A stretch of 56,846 nucleotides of DNA from a virus. The notes beneath the pieces are model-generated. The model did no database searches and had not been told where the DNA came from. It saw only the letters and a list, made by a program, of their open reading frames with translations. Position 1 is the stretch's first letter; the number at the start of each line of letters is the position of its first letter. Below, piece by piece: positions 46,571-56,096 of this stretch. The position numbers and the translations under genes were made by a program. The stretch spans positions 1 to 56,846 of the IMG/VR virus record IMGVR_UViG_3300045988_088058, one strand, 5' to 3'.

Positions 46571-46926
46571 TTTCTTAAAAGCCTTTCTGCAACCCTTACA
46601 GCAAACGGACAGTCGTAAGGAAGCCCCATTCCAGTATTTCCATCAAACTGCTTAAATTCCTTATAGAGAACAGTTTGACGAAACTCTTCAGGGTGTTTAA
46701 CCATTAAGGAGTACAGTTCGTGGCTCCACTTGTCATACTGCCCGTCTGCTATAATTGAGTCATTAAAATAATAATAGATACAACTATGGACAAGAACTTG
46801 ACGCTCTCTGCGGTTCATAAGCTCAACCACTTGTCCATCAATTGGTTTTTTAGGTTTCGGAACGGTTCTTGCCTTCCGCTTGACAACCGGAGGACCAGGT
46901 TTCGAACCAAATAGCGATTTCTGCAC
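46567..46926 (-). CDS. Hypothetical protein
   Basis: Open frame in replication operon. Confidence 0.75.
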   Translation of the reverse strand: MQKSLFGSKPGPPVVKRKARTVPKPKKPIDGQVVELMNRRERQVLVHSCIYYYFNDSIIADGQYDKWSHELYSLMVKHPEEFRQTVLYKEFKQFDGNTGMGLPYDCPFAVRVAERLLRK

Positions 46927-48086
46927 TAACTTTCTTCCTGAGTAATGATATTGTGAACCGCAGTCATTATCATATCAAATAAATAGTCATCTTCCTTGAG
47001 GCGTCTAACTAGATTAGCCTTACCTTGGAACTTCAACGGCTCTTCGTCTTCATCTGCCATAATTTCTCCAGTTTCAAGGTCGACTATACTGAACCAAGCT
47101 CCTGCTTTTTGAATAACTCCAAACTCAACTGCAACATCTACAAGGTCATTTTCAATTTGAATCCCTTCGTGATATGAAAGAGTGTAGGAAACCAATTTTC
47201 TATCAGGCTTGAATGCTTTAGTCTTTTCGACGAATGACTCTACAATATTTCCGGCAGGGTTTCGAGCAGTTCGTGTTAAAGATGCTCCGTTTTCGTCAAG
47301 GTAATCGCCTTTTCTAAATTTCAATCGAACTGCACAAGCATGCTTCCACATCTTTCCGCCTGGAGTAGAGTAGGCATTGTACTGACTATTCATATCTTCG
47401 CGGATTTGGTTGATGCCTAAGAAAATAGCATTGTACCTAGTGAGAAGAGGAGTGACTTTTCGACTGAATTCAGTAAGCGGAGCCGATATTCCTGCATAGG
47501 CTTTTTTGGTAAGTTCTTCGTCTATAAGATTTTGGCTTACCATGTAAGGTAACGAGTCAAGGACTACTAGCCCGACTTCACCTGTTTCAAAAATGTCTAG
47601 AACGTATTGAAGTATTTCCTCAGCACTATTCATTTCAGGTCGAACGATCCACATATTATCGACATCAACGCCTATTTTCTTCGCCCACTCAGTGTCTAAT
47701 GTATTTTCAAGGTCGAGGTACACAATTTTGAGAGGCTCCTGTAAGCTATCAAGTTGCATTTCAAGTTCCTTGATAGCAGTCTTGCTAGCTTTAGACGCAC
47801 GCGCATTTTCCAGCTTTTCCTTGAGTTCTTCAGTCTTCTGTTCCCACTCCTGCTCGAATACCATTTGCGCATTCTTGACAATGTCGAGAGCTGAAGTAGT
47901 CTTACCACTTGACTCAGGACCGAAAAATTCAACTACCCTTTTTCGAGGAAGTCCACCATAGGTTTGATAATTCATAGAAGGAGCAGAAAAAGGAATTCTT
48001 GGAAGAGCTTCACGTTCAAGTCCTTGAACTGCTACAAGAGCTTTCGAATCCTTATTCCAATCCTTCATCAACTGTTCTAGTTTCAT
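46926..48086 (-). CDS. RecA-like recombinase
   Basis: RKRVVEFFGPESSGKTTSALDIVKNAQ; GLVVLDSLPYM; FLGINQIREDMNSQYNAYSTPGGKMWKH. Confidence 0.9.
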   Translation of the reverse strand: MKLEQLMKDWNKDSKALVAVQGLEREALPRIPFSAPSMNYQTYGGLPRKRVVEFFGPESSGKTTSALDIVKNAQMVFEQEWEQKTEELKEKLENARASKASKTAIKELEMQLDSLQEPLKIVYLDLENTLDTEWAKKIGVDVDNMWIVRPEMNSAEEILQYVLDIFETGEVGLVVLDSLPYMVSQNLIDEELTKKAYAGISAPLTEFSRKVTPLLTRYNAIFLGINQIREDMNSQYNAYSTPGGKMWKHACAVRLKFRKGDYLDENGASLTRTARNPAGNIVESFVEKTKAFKPDRKLVSYTLSYHEGIQIENDLVDVAVEFGVIQKAGAWFSIVDLETGEIMADEDEEPLKFQGKANLVRRLKEDDYLFDMIMTAVHNIITQEES

Positions 48087-48577
48087 TAGAAATCACCTGT
48101 GCTTCCATGTCCTCCTCGAGCCACATTTCCTAAAGATTCTACGAAATTGAACTTGATAGCAGGTTGCTTTTCTTGAATTCTAAATTGGGCAATTCTTTGG
48201 TCGTAGAAGATATCTGCGTCACGAGTAGCATACCAAACTGAGAACCATTCATCAGTGTCGCCTTTGTAACCTTCGTCAATCACTCCACTCGAAACAAATA
48301 CTAGTCCAGTTTTCCTGAAAAGACTTGAACGAGGGTGCAAGATAGCTTCATGTCCTTTAGGTAGCTCTAAAGCAAAGCCGTGTGCAATTTTAATGCTTTC
48401 ACCGGCTGCGACTGAATAAACCTGCCCTTTTTGAAGAACTGTTCGACATTTTGAAACCTGATTGTCGTCAGCGTCGATTCTAGTAATTGCACTGACTCGA
48501 ACATCTACCCAATCACCTGTAAATTTTAATCGGTCAAGTTTCAGGTCAATCATTTTCACGTTTACGTCTTTTGACAT
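48086..48577 (-). CDS. dut: dUTPase
   Basis: ILHPRSSLFRKTGLVFVSSGVIDEGYKGDTDEWFSVWYA; C-terminal RGGHGSTGDF. Confidence 0.92.
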   Translation of the reverse strand: MSKDVNVKMIDLKLDRLKFTGDWVDVRVSAITRIDADDNQVSKCRTVLQKGQVYSVAAGESIKIAHGFALELPKGHEAILHPRSSLFRKTGLVFVSSGVIDEGYKGDTDEWFSVWYATRDADIFYDQRIAQFRIQEKQPAIKFNFVESLGNVARGGHGSTGDF

Positions 48578-49112
48578 TTAATACTCCTTTTGAATTATTA
48601 GATTGAGTTTCTAACTCTGCTAGTTGCCATGTTTGAATACGTTTTAAAGATGCTAATACTTTGTCAGCTTGCTCAAGTTTTAATTGAACTTTTTTGTAAG
48701 CCCGTTTATAAGCATTTTCAATAACTTCTTCATTCATAACAAGTTTTCTAGTTTCAGCTTGCTTATCAGGAATAGTTTTCCCGGCGGCTAAAATATAAAG
48801 ATTATCGTACTTTTCTTTTCGAATTGCAGAACTTGAATCCATTTGAATTCCAACCATTTCTGCTCGGTCTGCTGCAAAATATAGAAGAGTAGGAAGATAG
48901 CCTATATAGTAATTTAAGTCTTCTATAACGACGGGATTCTGACTTACGACAAATTGAATTTCTTCCATTGCCTGGTCAAGTGGACCACAGGCTGCTTGGA
49001 CAATTTCATCTACGACTTTATTGATAATATCACCATAAGAATCCGCTACATTTTGAGCATCACGGATTTCCTCTTCGCGTATATCAATTTGAGGTAATTT
49101 AGGTCTTGCCAT
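48546..49112 (-). CDS. Hypothetical protein
   Basis: ATG at 49110-49112 after AAGGAGAG; track start at 49145 less likely. Confidence 0.75.
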   Translation of the reverse strand: MARPKLPQIDIREEEIRDAQNVADSYGDIINKVVDEIVQAACGPLDQAMEEIQFVVSQNPVVIEDLNYYIGYLPTLLYFAADRAEMVGIQMDSSSAIRKEKYDNLYILAAGKTIPDKQAETRKLVMNEEVIENAYKRAYKKVQLKLEQADKVLASLKRIQTWQLAELETQSNNSKGVLNVKRRKREND

Positions 49113-49590
49113 CTTGTCTCTCCTTGTAATGAAGCTCAACTGCATCTAGAACATTTTGGAAAGGAATGGTCAATCTAGTTCGACGCTTCTTGTAAGAAAC
49201 TTCATACCCTGCATCGATGAAGTTCGGGTTGACGCTTCTAACTCCAGACCGTTTAATTTTCTCAAGGCTTGAAATTGGATACCATATAATCTTTTCATGC
49301 TTTTGGAAATACACTAAAATTCCGGCGAGAATAAATTTGCATCCATCTGCGCGTGATAACTGGAACCATTGATTTTCAGTAATATTGTTGAAACTCAAAG
49401 AAGCTTCTTTAGTAGTTTTCAGTTCAATAAACAAGGTTCCAAAGTTAGTTGCGGCTATATAATCGCAGGGATTTGCAACTCCTCGAAATCCATTAGTGGT
49501 ATCATATAGACGGACCGTAAAAGCATCTTTCTCAAAGTTCTTTGCGCCTTCGAAGAAATCCTCTTCAAACATTTTTCCAGTATAGCTCAA
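49099..49590 (-). CDS. RecU/Holliday junction resolvase-like nuclease
   Basis: CDYIAATNFGTLFIELKTTKEASLSFNNITENQWFQL. Confidence 0.75.
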   Translation of the reverse strand: MSYTGKMFEEDFFEGAKNFEKDAFTVRLYDTTNGFRGVANPCDYIAATNFGTLFIELKTTKEASLSFNNITENQWFQLSRADGCKFILAGILVYFQKHEKIIWYPISSLEKIKRSGVRSVNPNFIDAGYEVSYKKRRTRLTIPFQNVLDAVELHYKERQDGKT

Positions 49591-50363
49591 AGATTTCTAC
49601 CTTCCTTTCTGCAGTATGGGCAATAAGCTGAAGAACAATAGATTTTAGGACTTTCGCCTTTCTCTACATACTCTTCGCAGGTTGTAAGTTTTTCAAGAAC
49701 TTGATTTTTCATTTCATCAGTGATGTGAAAAGTATAGGCTTTCTTTTCGAAGTTATCTCGATTTTCATAGAGAAACATGACATCGTCAACTCCTAGACAC
49801 ATTCCGTAGCAAGTGGCCTGCATTTTATGCTCTTCATATGGCTCAGTATGCTTAGTGAACTTGAACATAGTTTCAGTCTTAATCTCTAAAATATAGAGCT
49901 TGCCTCTGTATCGAATCAGTCCATCACATAGAAATGAGAGTTGAAGAAGCTCGTTCTTACACTTGGTTTCATAGTCGTTTTTCTTGAAGCGCTCGTCGAC
50001 AATAGTTCCCTCAACGGGATTTTTATCTAAAAATTCTGCTACATTTAACCACTCAAAGTCGTTTTCGATTGAGGACATTTTAACGAGATATTCTTGAAGA
50101 ACCTCATGCCTAAAAGTTCCAGCTTCGCCCATTGCTACAAGATTAGAATCGGCGTTGCTTCGAATAGCTTGACCAGTTCTTTCAAAGTACATTTGACGAA
50201 GACATCCTCCTACACCGCTAGGCTTATAATAAGTCGAAGGTTTATACTCAGGTTGCGTCCTTTCAATAACCTGCGTCAGTGAATTGACAAAAGAGGAAGC
50301 AGGACCTTCACTATTTCCTGCTCTGACCATCTTTGCAATTCTAGTTAAATTAGACTTAACCAT
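49587..50363 (-). CDS. PD-(D/E)XK exonuclease, Cas4/RecB-like
   Basis: GVGGCLRQMYFERTG; LCDGLIRYRGKLYILEIKTET; KIYCSSAYCPYCRKEG. Confidence 0.75.
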   Translation of the reverse strand: MVKSNLTRIAKMVRAGNSEGPASSFVNSLTQVIERTQPEYKPSTYYKPSGVGGCLRQMYFERTGQAIRSNADSNLVAMGEAGTFRHEVLQEYLVKMSSIENDFEWLNVAEFLDKNPVEGTIVDERFKKNDYETKCKNELLQLSFLCDGLIRYRGKLYILEIKTETMFKFTKHTEPYEEHKMQATCYGMCLGVDDVMFLYENRDNFEKKAYTFHITDEMKNQVLEKLTTCEEYVEKGESPKIYCSSAYCPYCRKEGRNL

Positions 50364-51436
50364 TATTCTTCAGGTTCTTGAAGCGCCAAGAAGTAAATGA
50401 CACCGTTCGAGGAAATCTTAATTGCGTTTTCGCTTCCATAAGAGACAGTGAAGTTTTCTTCGGTGACAGTTGATACAATTTCCTTCAAAAGCAAGCTATT
50501 AAGGTGGCAAGTGAATTCCTTTTTCGAAACCTTTTTCCCTGCGGCTGGGTAAACAATGTCTTCATAACTGCTTGTAGAAGTCTTAATTCGAAGTCGATCT
50601 TTTAAGAAAAGAAGTTCGACAGTTCCTTTATCGAAAGCAGAAGTGAACAGCACAAGACGATCTAATACGCTCATGATTTGTGAAGTAGGAACGGCTGCGT
50701 CGTCAATGAACTCGATTTGGTCAAGCTGTGACACGTCTTCATAGTCTTCCATTCCTTCCATCAATTTTCCGTAAATTTCAACTGAAGCGGATGAAATGTA
50801 AACCGTATTGCTATCAATTTGCCAGAAGTACATTTTCTCGTCAGGAACGCCAGCGAGAATTGCCATCAGGTTGTAAGGAATAAGCATCTCTAATTCCTTT
50901 TCTTCGATAGGGTTGATACATACGCGAATAATGTCTGTCGTAATTGCTTTGCTGTCTTTAAGCAAGAATCCTGTATAAATTCCATCCGCCCCTGATTTAG
51001 ATACCGCAGAATCGTTGATATTAGCAATTCCGTAGAATAATGAACTTTTCAAGGTAAGAGCATTTTCTTCTGTCACATCTTCGAGCAAGTGGTCAAATGT
51101 AGGATACTCTTCATCTTCTGTAACGATATCGATATTATATTCACCGTTCCCGATAACCTTCAACGAAGACTCTTCAGGGACTAAGGTAATAGTTGCAGCA
51201 GTGGTCTTTTCTACAAGTTTTCCAAACTGCTCAGCTTTCACAATCACGTCAATTTCAACGTCGCTGTCAATGATACAGCGAAGGAAATTAGATCCATCAT
51301 ATGCGGTGAACATAACACATTCACCGTCACCAAAAATATGCCAATAGTTTGTAATCTCTAGCAACTTGCTAGGTTTCAACTTATTGAGCTGCGAAACAAT
51401 TTTCGAAAGTTCTTCAGTCTTGAACTTAATACTCAT
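50363..51436 (-). CDS. DNA sliding clamp (DnaN-like)
   Basis: FDHLLEDVTEENALTLKSSLF; IRVCINPIEEKELEMLIPYNLMAILAGVPDEKMYFW; clamp loader genes in the same region. Confidence 0.65.
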   Translation of the reverse strand: MSIKFKTEELSKIVSQLNKLKPSKLLEITNYWHIFGDGECVMFTAYDGSNFLRCIIDSDVEIDVIVKAEQFGKLVEKTTAATITLVPEESSLKVIGNGEYNIDIVTEDEEYPTFDHLLEDVTEENALTLKSSLFYGIANINDSAVSKSGADGIYTGFLLKDSKAITTDIIRVCINPIEEKELEMLIPYNLMAILAGVPDEKMYFWQIDSNTVYISSASVEIYGKLMEGMEDYEDVSQLDQIEFIDDAAVPTSQIMSVLDRLVLFTSAFDKGTVELLFLKDRLRIKTSTSSYEDIVYPAAGKKVSKKEFTCHLNSLLLKEIVSTVTEENFTVSYGSENAIKISSNGVIYFLALQEPEE

Positions 51437-51465
51437 AATATGAGCCTCCTTTTCTTGATATATAT

Positions 51466-51495
51466 AATATACACGAATTACCGTAAATTTGTAAA
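51466..51495 (-). promoter_or_regulatory. Class II promoter: TTTACA-N18-TATATT
   Basis: Minus TTTACA AATTTACGGTAATTCGTG TATATT. Confidence 0.65.
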
Positions 51496-51502
51496 CCTGT
51501 TT

Positions 51503-51748
51503 CTAAATAATTTTAAATCTTCTAAGCATATTGAGTTTTGCTTCATAAGTTCCGTTCACGGCAGCCTCCTGCATCTTAAGTACAATGAAAGGAGGTTCAT
51601 CTATATTGTTGAAACTATAGAATGTAAATAACTGGATAATAGCTTCATCGACGCCTATTTTCCCTTCTCGAAAATTCAAGGAAAGTTGACGTTTGAACTC
51701 GACTATTTTTTGATATTCTTGATAGGTTTGAACTTTTCTCATAATCAT
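51503..51748 (-). CDS. Hypothetical protein
   Basis: Open frame downstream of class I promoter. Confidence 0.7.
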   Translation of the reverse strand: MIMRKVQTYQEYQKIVEFKRQLSLNFREGKIGVDEAIIQLFTFYSFNNIDEPPFIVLKMQEAAVNGTYEAKLNMLRRFKII

Positions 51749-51756
51749 GGTCCTTT

Positions 51757-51900
51757 CTATAATACATTGTATCCAATCGCTTTCATATCTTGAGCCTCTT
51801 TCAAAATTGCTTGCTCCAAGTTGTCTTCGTATTCAACGTACTTTATAAGGTAAGCGTTAGCCGCTTCTAAGTAGAACTTGACTCTTTGAACTTTTGTCAT
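51757..51900 (-). CDS. 47-aa protein MTKVQRVKFYLEAANAYLIKYVEYEDNLEQAILKEAQDMKAIGYNVL (not in track)
   Basis: AAAGGGG upstream of ATG, directly downstream of class I promoter. Confidence 0.65.
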   Translation of the reverse strand: MTKVQRVKFYLEAANAYLIKYVEYEDNLEQAILKEAQDMKAIGYNVL

Positions 51901-51937
51901 TTTGTTTACCCCTTTATTTGTTTTTCTTTATAGTTAC

Positions 51938-51966
51938 ATTATACGATAATGAAATAATAAAGTCAA
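51938..51966 (-). promoter_or_regulatory. Class I promoter: TTGACT-N17-TATAAT
   Basis: Minus TTGACT TTATTATTTCATTATCG TATAAT with palindrome AAAAAAGTTCAACTTTTT upstream. Confidence 0.88.
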
Positions 51967-52027
51967 GCATTTTTGTGTAAAAAGTTGAACTTTTTTACAA
52001 AAAAAAATAAGAGCGAAAAGCTCTTAT

Positions 52028-52963
52028 CTAAAATAGTCGACGTTGACGATTTTTAATTCCTTTGAATTCATAGTTCTCTGCCCAATCCAGCATGTATTGA
52101 ACATTGAACAATGCTCGAAGTTTATAGTCTTCCACTAATTGCTCAAGACTAAAATGCGCTCCAGTTTCTTCGATAATAGATTCGATTTCAACTTGAACTG
52201 GTTTTGGCAGCCTACGAACAGCATCAATTCCTCCGTTCTTCTGTGACAAGTCAACTAGTCCTTTTGAAGTCATAATGTTTCCCATCGCTCCTGTCAACAG
52301 TACAGAAGTCGAGTCGGCGCTATAGAATGGGTGACGCTCTAATTGGCTAGTAACTGTCATCCCGAAAGCGTGAGTCTTAACATCAGGATTAGAACTGTTT
52401 CGAATAACTTGAAATACTCTTTCCATCCACTTGTCTTTGTGCTTCGTAGTCGAGTCATTGGCTGGAGATATTCCGATGTAAGGAATATGCTTGCCGCCTT
52501 CGAACGTAGTTTCAAGCATTAAGTTCAGCCATTTAAAATCTTCTCCCATATGGAAAATAGGCAAGAGCTTATCCTTTTCAATCATTCTCTCGCGCATGTA
52601 TAGATAGTTATCCCAAGAAATTTGTGGCGCCTCTAAAAGCTGTTCACGTGTCTTAGGCTGTCTAAATACACCGGGAATTTTATCGAGTTCGGCGATACAG
52701 TCGAACATTCCTACATTATCATTGACGTATTCAATGTAGGCGTCAATATCAACTTCAGCTCCCTTAGTATGAGCAGAATATGCACTAGAGTCGACGAATA
52801 GTTTAGAAGTGGTTCCAGGATTGTTCTTCTTGTGTTCAATCCACCTCTTGCCAATTCCGTTTCTTTCGTATAGCTGATTAAAAAGTCGATTAGCTCCTCG
52901 CTCTTTTAAATAATCGTCAGTGCTAATAGCATGCCCTCCGGCAAAGTACAAATTGAATCCCAT
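52028..52963 (-). CDS. dpdA: DpdA-like DNA transglycosylase (TGT paralogue), predicted to insert a 7-deazaguanine into DNA
   Basis: KLFVDSSAYSAHTKG, PYIGISPAND, KTHAFGMTVTSQLERHPFYSADSTSVLL; adjacent to preQ0/preQ1 genes. Confidence 0.75.
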   Translation of the reverse strand: MGFNLYFAGGHAISTDDYLKERGANRLFNQLYERNGIGKRWIEHKKNNPGTTSKLFVDSSAYSAHTKGAEVDIDAYIEYVNDNVGMFDCIAELDKIPGVFRQPKTREQLLEAPQISWDNYLYMRERMIEKDKLLPIFHMGEDFKWLNLMLETTFEGGKHIPYIGISPANDSTTKHKDKWMERVFQVIRNSSNPDVKTHAFGMTVTSQLERHPFYSADSTSVLLTGAMGNIMTSKGLVDLSQKNGGIDAVRRLPKPVQVEIESIIEETGAHFSLEQLVEDYKLRALFNVQYMLDWAENYEFKGIKNRQRRLF

Positions 52964-52965
52964 TT

Positions 52966-53451
52966 CTACGCTCCAATCATTTTCTTAAAAGCGCTGTTCT
53001 TCGCCAATGTAGATATAACGAAGTATGAAATTAAAACGATAATGGCTTCACTGATTCCTACATAAATGACGGATTCCCAAAATGGCAAAGAGTACACAAT
53101 TCGAAGCTCAAGTGCAATAATGTAAGCATTAGCAAGAACCGGACAGACTAGTGAATACAAAGGGCTCGACATTTTAGCGACTTTCACCATGGAAATAATT
53201 CCAAGGAACGTAGCAAGTGAACCAAAGGCGACATCAATTAGTCCGAGAGGTGAAAAGAAATTTGCAATAATGGTTCCCATAACAATTCCAGGAGTCCATC
53301 TATGATTCCACAAAGGCAAAAGAACTAGAACTTCACTAATTCTAAATTGAACTGGGCCGTAGCTGATTGCAGAAAATGCAATCGTCAATGTAACATACAG
53401 GGAAGCAATAAGAGCAGTTCGAACAAGCCATAAGGTTGCGCTTCTATTCAT
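52966..53451 (-). CDS. queT: QueT-family (COG4708-like) queuosine precursor transporter
   Basis: AISYGPVQFRISEVLVLLPLW...GTIIANFFSPLGLIDVAFGSLATFLG. Confidence 0.85.
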   Translation of the reverse strand: MNRSATLWLVRTALIASLYVTLTIAFSAISYGPVQFRISEVLVLLPLWNHRWTPGIVMGTIIANFFSPLGLIDVAFGSLATFLGIISMVKVAKMSSPLYSLVCPVLANAYIIALELRIVYSLPFWESVIYVGISEAIIVLISYFVISTLAKNSAFKKMIGA

Positions 53452-53461
53452 TTTCGTCCTC

Positions 53462-54094
53462 CTATTTGATAAGTTGCATCAATTCAGCTCTAGCTGATGC
53501 GTCATCTTGGAAAAGCCCTCGCATAGTTGAAGTCACTGTCGTTGCTCCATGCTTCTTAATACCGCGTCCGCTCATGCAAGTATGCTCAGCCTCTACGATG
53601 ACTGCAACTGCTTGAGGATTTAGAACTTCCTGAATAGCGTCAGCGATTTGTTGAGTCAAGCGCTCTTGTACTTGAAGTCGTTTAGCATATCCTTCAACCA
53701 CTCGACCGAATTTTGAAAGACCTGTAATCTTATCCTTAGGAATGTATGCAATATGCACCTTCCCTACGAATGGAGCTAAATGATGCTCACACAAAGAGTT
53801 GAAAGGAATATTTTTCACAAGAACAAGATCTTCATGGTCAACGTCAAATGTTTTTTCAAGGTGAAGTTTAGGATCTTCGCGATACCCTACGGTATGTTCT
53901 GCTAGTGCCTTTACAAAACGGAACGGAGTATCTTGTAGTCCGTCACGTTCAGAGTCATCGCCTAATAGGCTGAACAGACCTTGAATAGCCGATTCTGCAT
54001 TGTCAAGGGCGACAATTTCATTTGTCTTAAGAGAAGAAAATCCATTTTCTCTTCCTAGTAAGTCGCCGATTTTATCTAATTGTTCAATTTTCAT
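53462..54094 (-). CDS. folE: GTP cyclohydrolase I
   Basis: NIPFNSLCEHHLAPFVGKVHIAYIP; EAEHTCMSGRGIKKHGATTVTSTMRG; start at 54094 with GAGGAG RBS. Confidence 0.95.
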   Translation of the reverse strand: MKIEQLDKIGDLLGRENGFSSLKTNEIVALDNAESAIQGLFSLLGDDSERDGLQDTPFRFVKALAEHTVGYREDPKLHLEKTFDVDHEDLVLVKNIPFNSLCEHHLAPFVGKVHIAYIPKDKITGLSKFGRVVEGYAKRLQVQERLTQQIADAIQEVLNPQAVAVIVEAEHTCMSGRGIKKHGATTVTSTMRGLFQDDASARAELMQLIK

Positions 54095-54095
54095 T

Positions 54096-54890
54096 TTATA
54101 CTCCTCTTTTATTATCATATACCAGTGTATGAAGCTGTGGTAAAGGTCGAACATTGTTAAAAGCTGGATCCTGATATACTTTGTCCCATAGCCAACCTAA
54201 TTTTTCAAGTAGTCGGTCACTGATTTTCCCTTCTTCGTAGGCGTTTGCATTCCCGACTGATAAATAATTGACTGGGCGTAGCTTGTCCTTAAAGGTTTCG
54301 AACATATTTCGAGCGTAAGCTAAATCCGTATCGTCGAAGATTACAATCTTAAACGACCAGTCAAGTCCTTCCTCATTTAGGCGATCTACAATTGCTTCAA
54401 GAATTTTCATATTAGTTCGCATTCCACTTGAAGGTGGTTTAGGACTAATAGTGATATCGCTGACTTCTTTGAACCATTCTTGGAATCGAGTCCCTTGAGT
54501 TTCGAGACCGAACTTGAATCCATGCTCTTTTAGAATCGAAATCATCTTAGCCATAGGCTCGTTAAGTAAGGCAGGGTTTCCTCCAGTCAATGTCACGTGG
54601 TTACAAATCTGCTCACCTTTTTCGTTGAAAGCTAGTTTTAAGATTCGACTAGCAGCCTCATCGCCTGTAATGTATTCAGGTTCAGTAGTACCGTTCCAGG
54701 TAAAGGCTGAGTCACACCAGTTACAATGATAATCACATCCACCAGTTCGAATGAAAATGGTCTTTTGACCTATAACCATTCCTTCGCCTTGGATTGTAGG
54801 ACCGAAGATTTCCATAACAGGCATCTTCTCAGGGTCGCGAACGTTGATTCGAATCTTTCCTCTATCAGGTTGATTGTATTTATTAACCAT
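54096..54890 (-). CDS. queE: 7-carboxy-7-deazaguanine synthase
   Basis: PTIQGEGMVIGQKTIFIRTGGCDYHCNWCDSAFTW radical SAM CxxxCxxC motif. Confidence 0.95.
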   Translation of the reverse strand: MVNKYNQPDRGKIRINVRDPEKMPVMEIFGPTIQGEGMVIGQKTIFIRTGGCDYHCNWCDSAFTWNGTTEPEYITGDEAASRILKLAFNEKGEQICNHVTLTGGNPALLNEPMAKMISILKEHGFKFGLETQGTRFQEWFKEVSDITISPKPPSSGMRTNMKILEAIVDRLNEEGLDWSFKIVIFDDTDLAYARNMFETFKDKLRPVNYLSVGNANAYEEGKISDRLLEKLGWLWDKVYQDPAFNNVRPLPQLHTLVYDNKRGV

Positions 54891-54892
54891 AA

Positions 54893-55399
54893 TTATTCCT
54901 CTAATAATTCAGCGACAGTGACTTCACTGTTTCCTTCAATGAATTTCACATTCTTGAACATTTCAATTTCTCGGTCAGTGAAAATTTCATAATAGGTGCA
55001 TTCTGCACAACCTGTAGGAGTTTCCCACAATTTTATAGAGTCGATACGAGCATGCTTCCACATAAGCTCAGTGAGCACCCATGTAAGAAATCTTGACATA
55101 TTCTCAGCCGTAGTTCTAAATCCAAAGAGAACTCGCTTAGTGTCCACGGCGTTAGCTAAAGCAATAGGCTCATTTCCTTGAAGAAGGACAGCGTGGTCAA
55201 GTCGGTCGATAAATTTACCTGCGATTTTCTTAACGTGATAAAAGTCAACTACCATTCCTTGACTTGAACCATGGTCAAAAGTTTCACCTGCAAGAGAAAT
55301 TTCTACCTTGTAGGTATGCCCGTGCAAATTTGCACACTTTCCAAAATGCCCAACTAATTGATGAGCGGCATCGAATGTCAATGTTTTAGAAACTTTCAT
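54893..55399 (-). CDS. queD: 6-carboxy-5,6,7,8-tetrahydropterin synthase
   Basis: FDAAHQLVGHFGKCANLHGHTYKVEI; ETPTGCAECTYYE. Confidence 0.93.
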   Translation of the reverse strand: MKVSKTLTFDAAHQLVGHFGKCANLHGHTYKVEISLAGETFDHGSSQGMVVDFYHVKKIAGKFIDRLDHAVLLQGNEPIALANAVDTKRVLFGFRTTAENMSRFLTWVLTELMWKHARIDSIKLWETPTGCAECTYYEIFTDREIEMFKNVKFIEGNSEVTVAELLEE

Positions 55400-55400
55400 G

Positions 55401-56087
55401 TCAGTTCTCCTTGTAATGAATAGGATCAGTCATTCCGTTGTCAGCGAATGCTTTCTTACGGTCAATACATGTCGCGCAAGTTCCGCAACTTTCAGCGTCA
55501 CTTTCATAACATGAACGAGTTAGGAAGTAAGGAACATCTAAATCAAGTCCCCATTTAATAACCTGTGACTTCGTCAGCGTCAATAAGTGAGCGACAAGAG
55601 AAACCTTTCCTCCAGTTCCGTACTCAATTGCGTGTGACATTGAATTGTAGAATTCAGGAGTGCAATCAGGGTAAGCGCCTCCGGCGGCATCATCTGCATG
55701 CGCGCCATATACGACATGAGAAGCTCCAACTGAGTAAGCATAGGCAGCAGCCTGTGAAAGCATTAAACCATTTCTAAATGGGACATAAGTGTCAACAACT
55801 TCTTGCTCTTTTAGAATTTCAGCATAAGATTTTCCATGAGACATTTCCCTCTTGCCTTTCAAGAGAGCTGAACTGGAACTTGAATATAGCTTCTTGTCAA
55901 TTTCGAGAACTGTGAATTTAACTCCATAGAACATTGCAACATTAGCAGCATTTTCAAGTTCAGCTTCATGCTTTTGTCCATAATTAAATGCTACTGCGTG
56001 AACATTTTTAGCGCCCCACTTATCAACTTCGATGGCTAAACAAGTAGCAGAATCGACTCCGCCAGATAATAAAACTACTGATTTCAT
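55401..56087 (-). CDS. queC: 7-cyano-7-deazaguanine (preQ0) synthase
   Basis: VLLSGGVDSATCLAI PP-loop; SCYESDAESCGTCATCIDRKKAF. Confidence 0.95.
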   Translation of the reverse strand: MKSVVLLSGGVDSATCLAIEVDKWGAKNVHAVAFNYGQKHEAELENAANVAMFYGVKFTVLEIDKKLYSSSSSALLKGKREMSHGKSYAEILKEQEVVDTYVPFRNGLMLSQAAAYAYSVGASHVVYGAHADDAAGGAYPDCTPEFYNSMSHAIEYGTGGKVSLVAHLLTLTKSQVIKWGLDLDVPYFLTRSCYESDAESCGTCATCIDRKKAFADNGMTDPIHYKEN

Positions 56088-56096
56088 CTTAGCCTC

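Noticed and set aside
52966-53461. preQ1-II riboswitch directly upstream of the QueT gene, as in host streptococci
   Set aside because: Only about 10 nt separates queT from folE, leaving no room for the element; any control must be at the operon leader.
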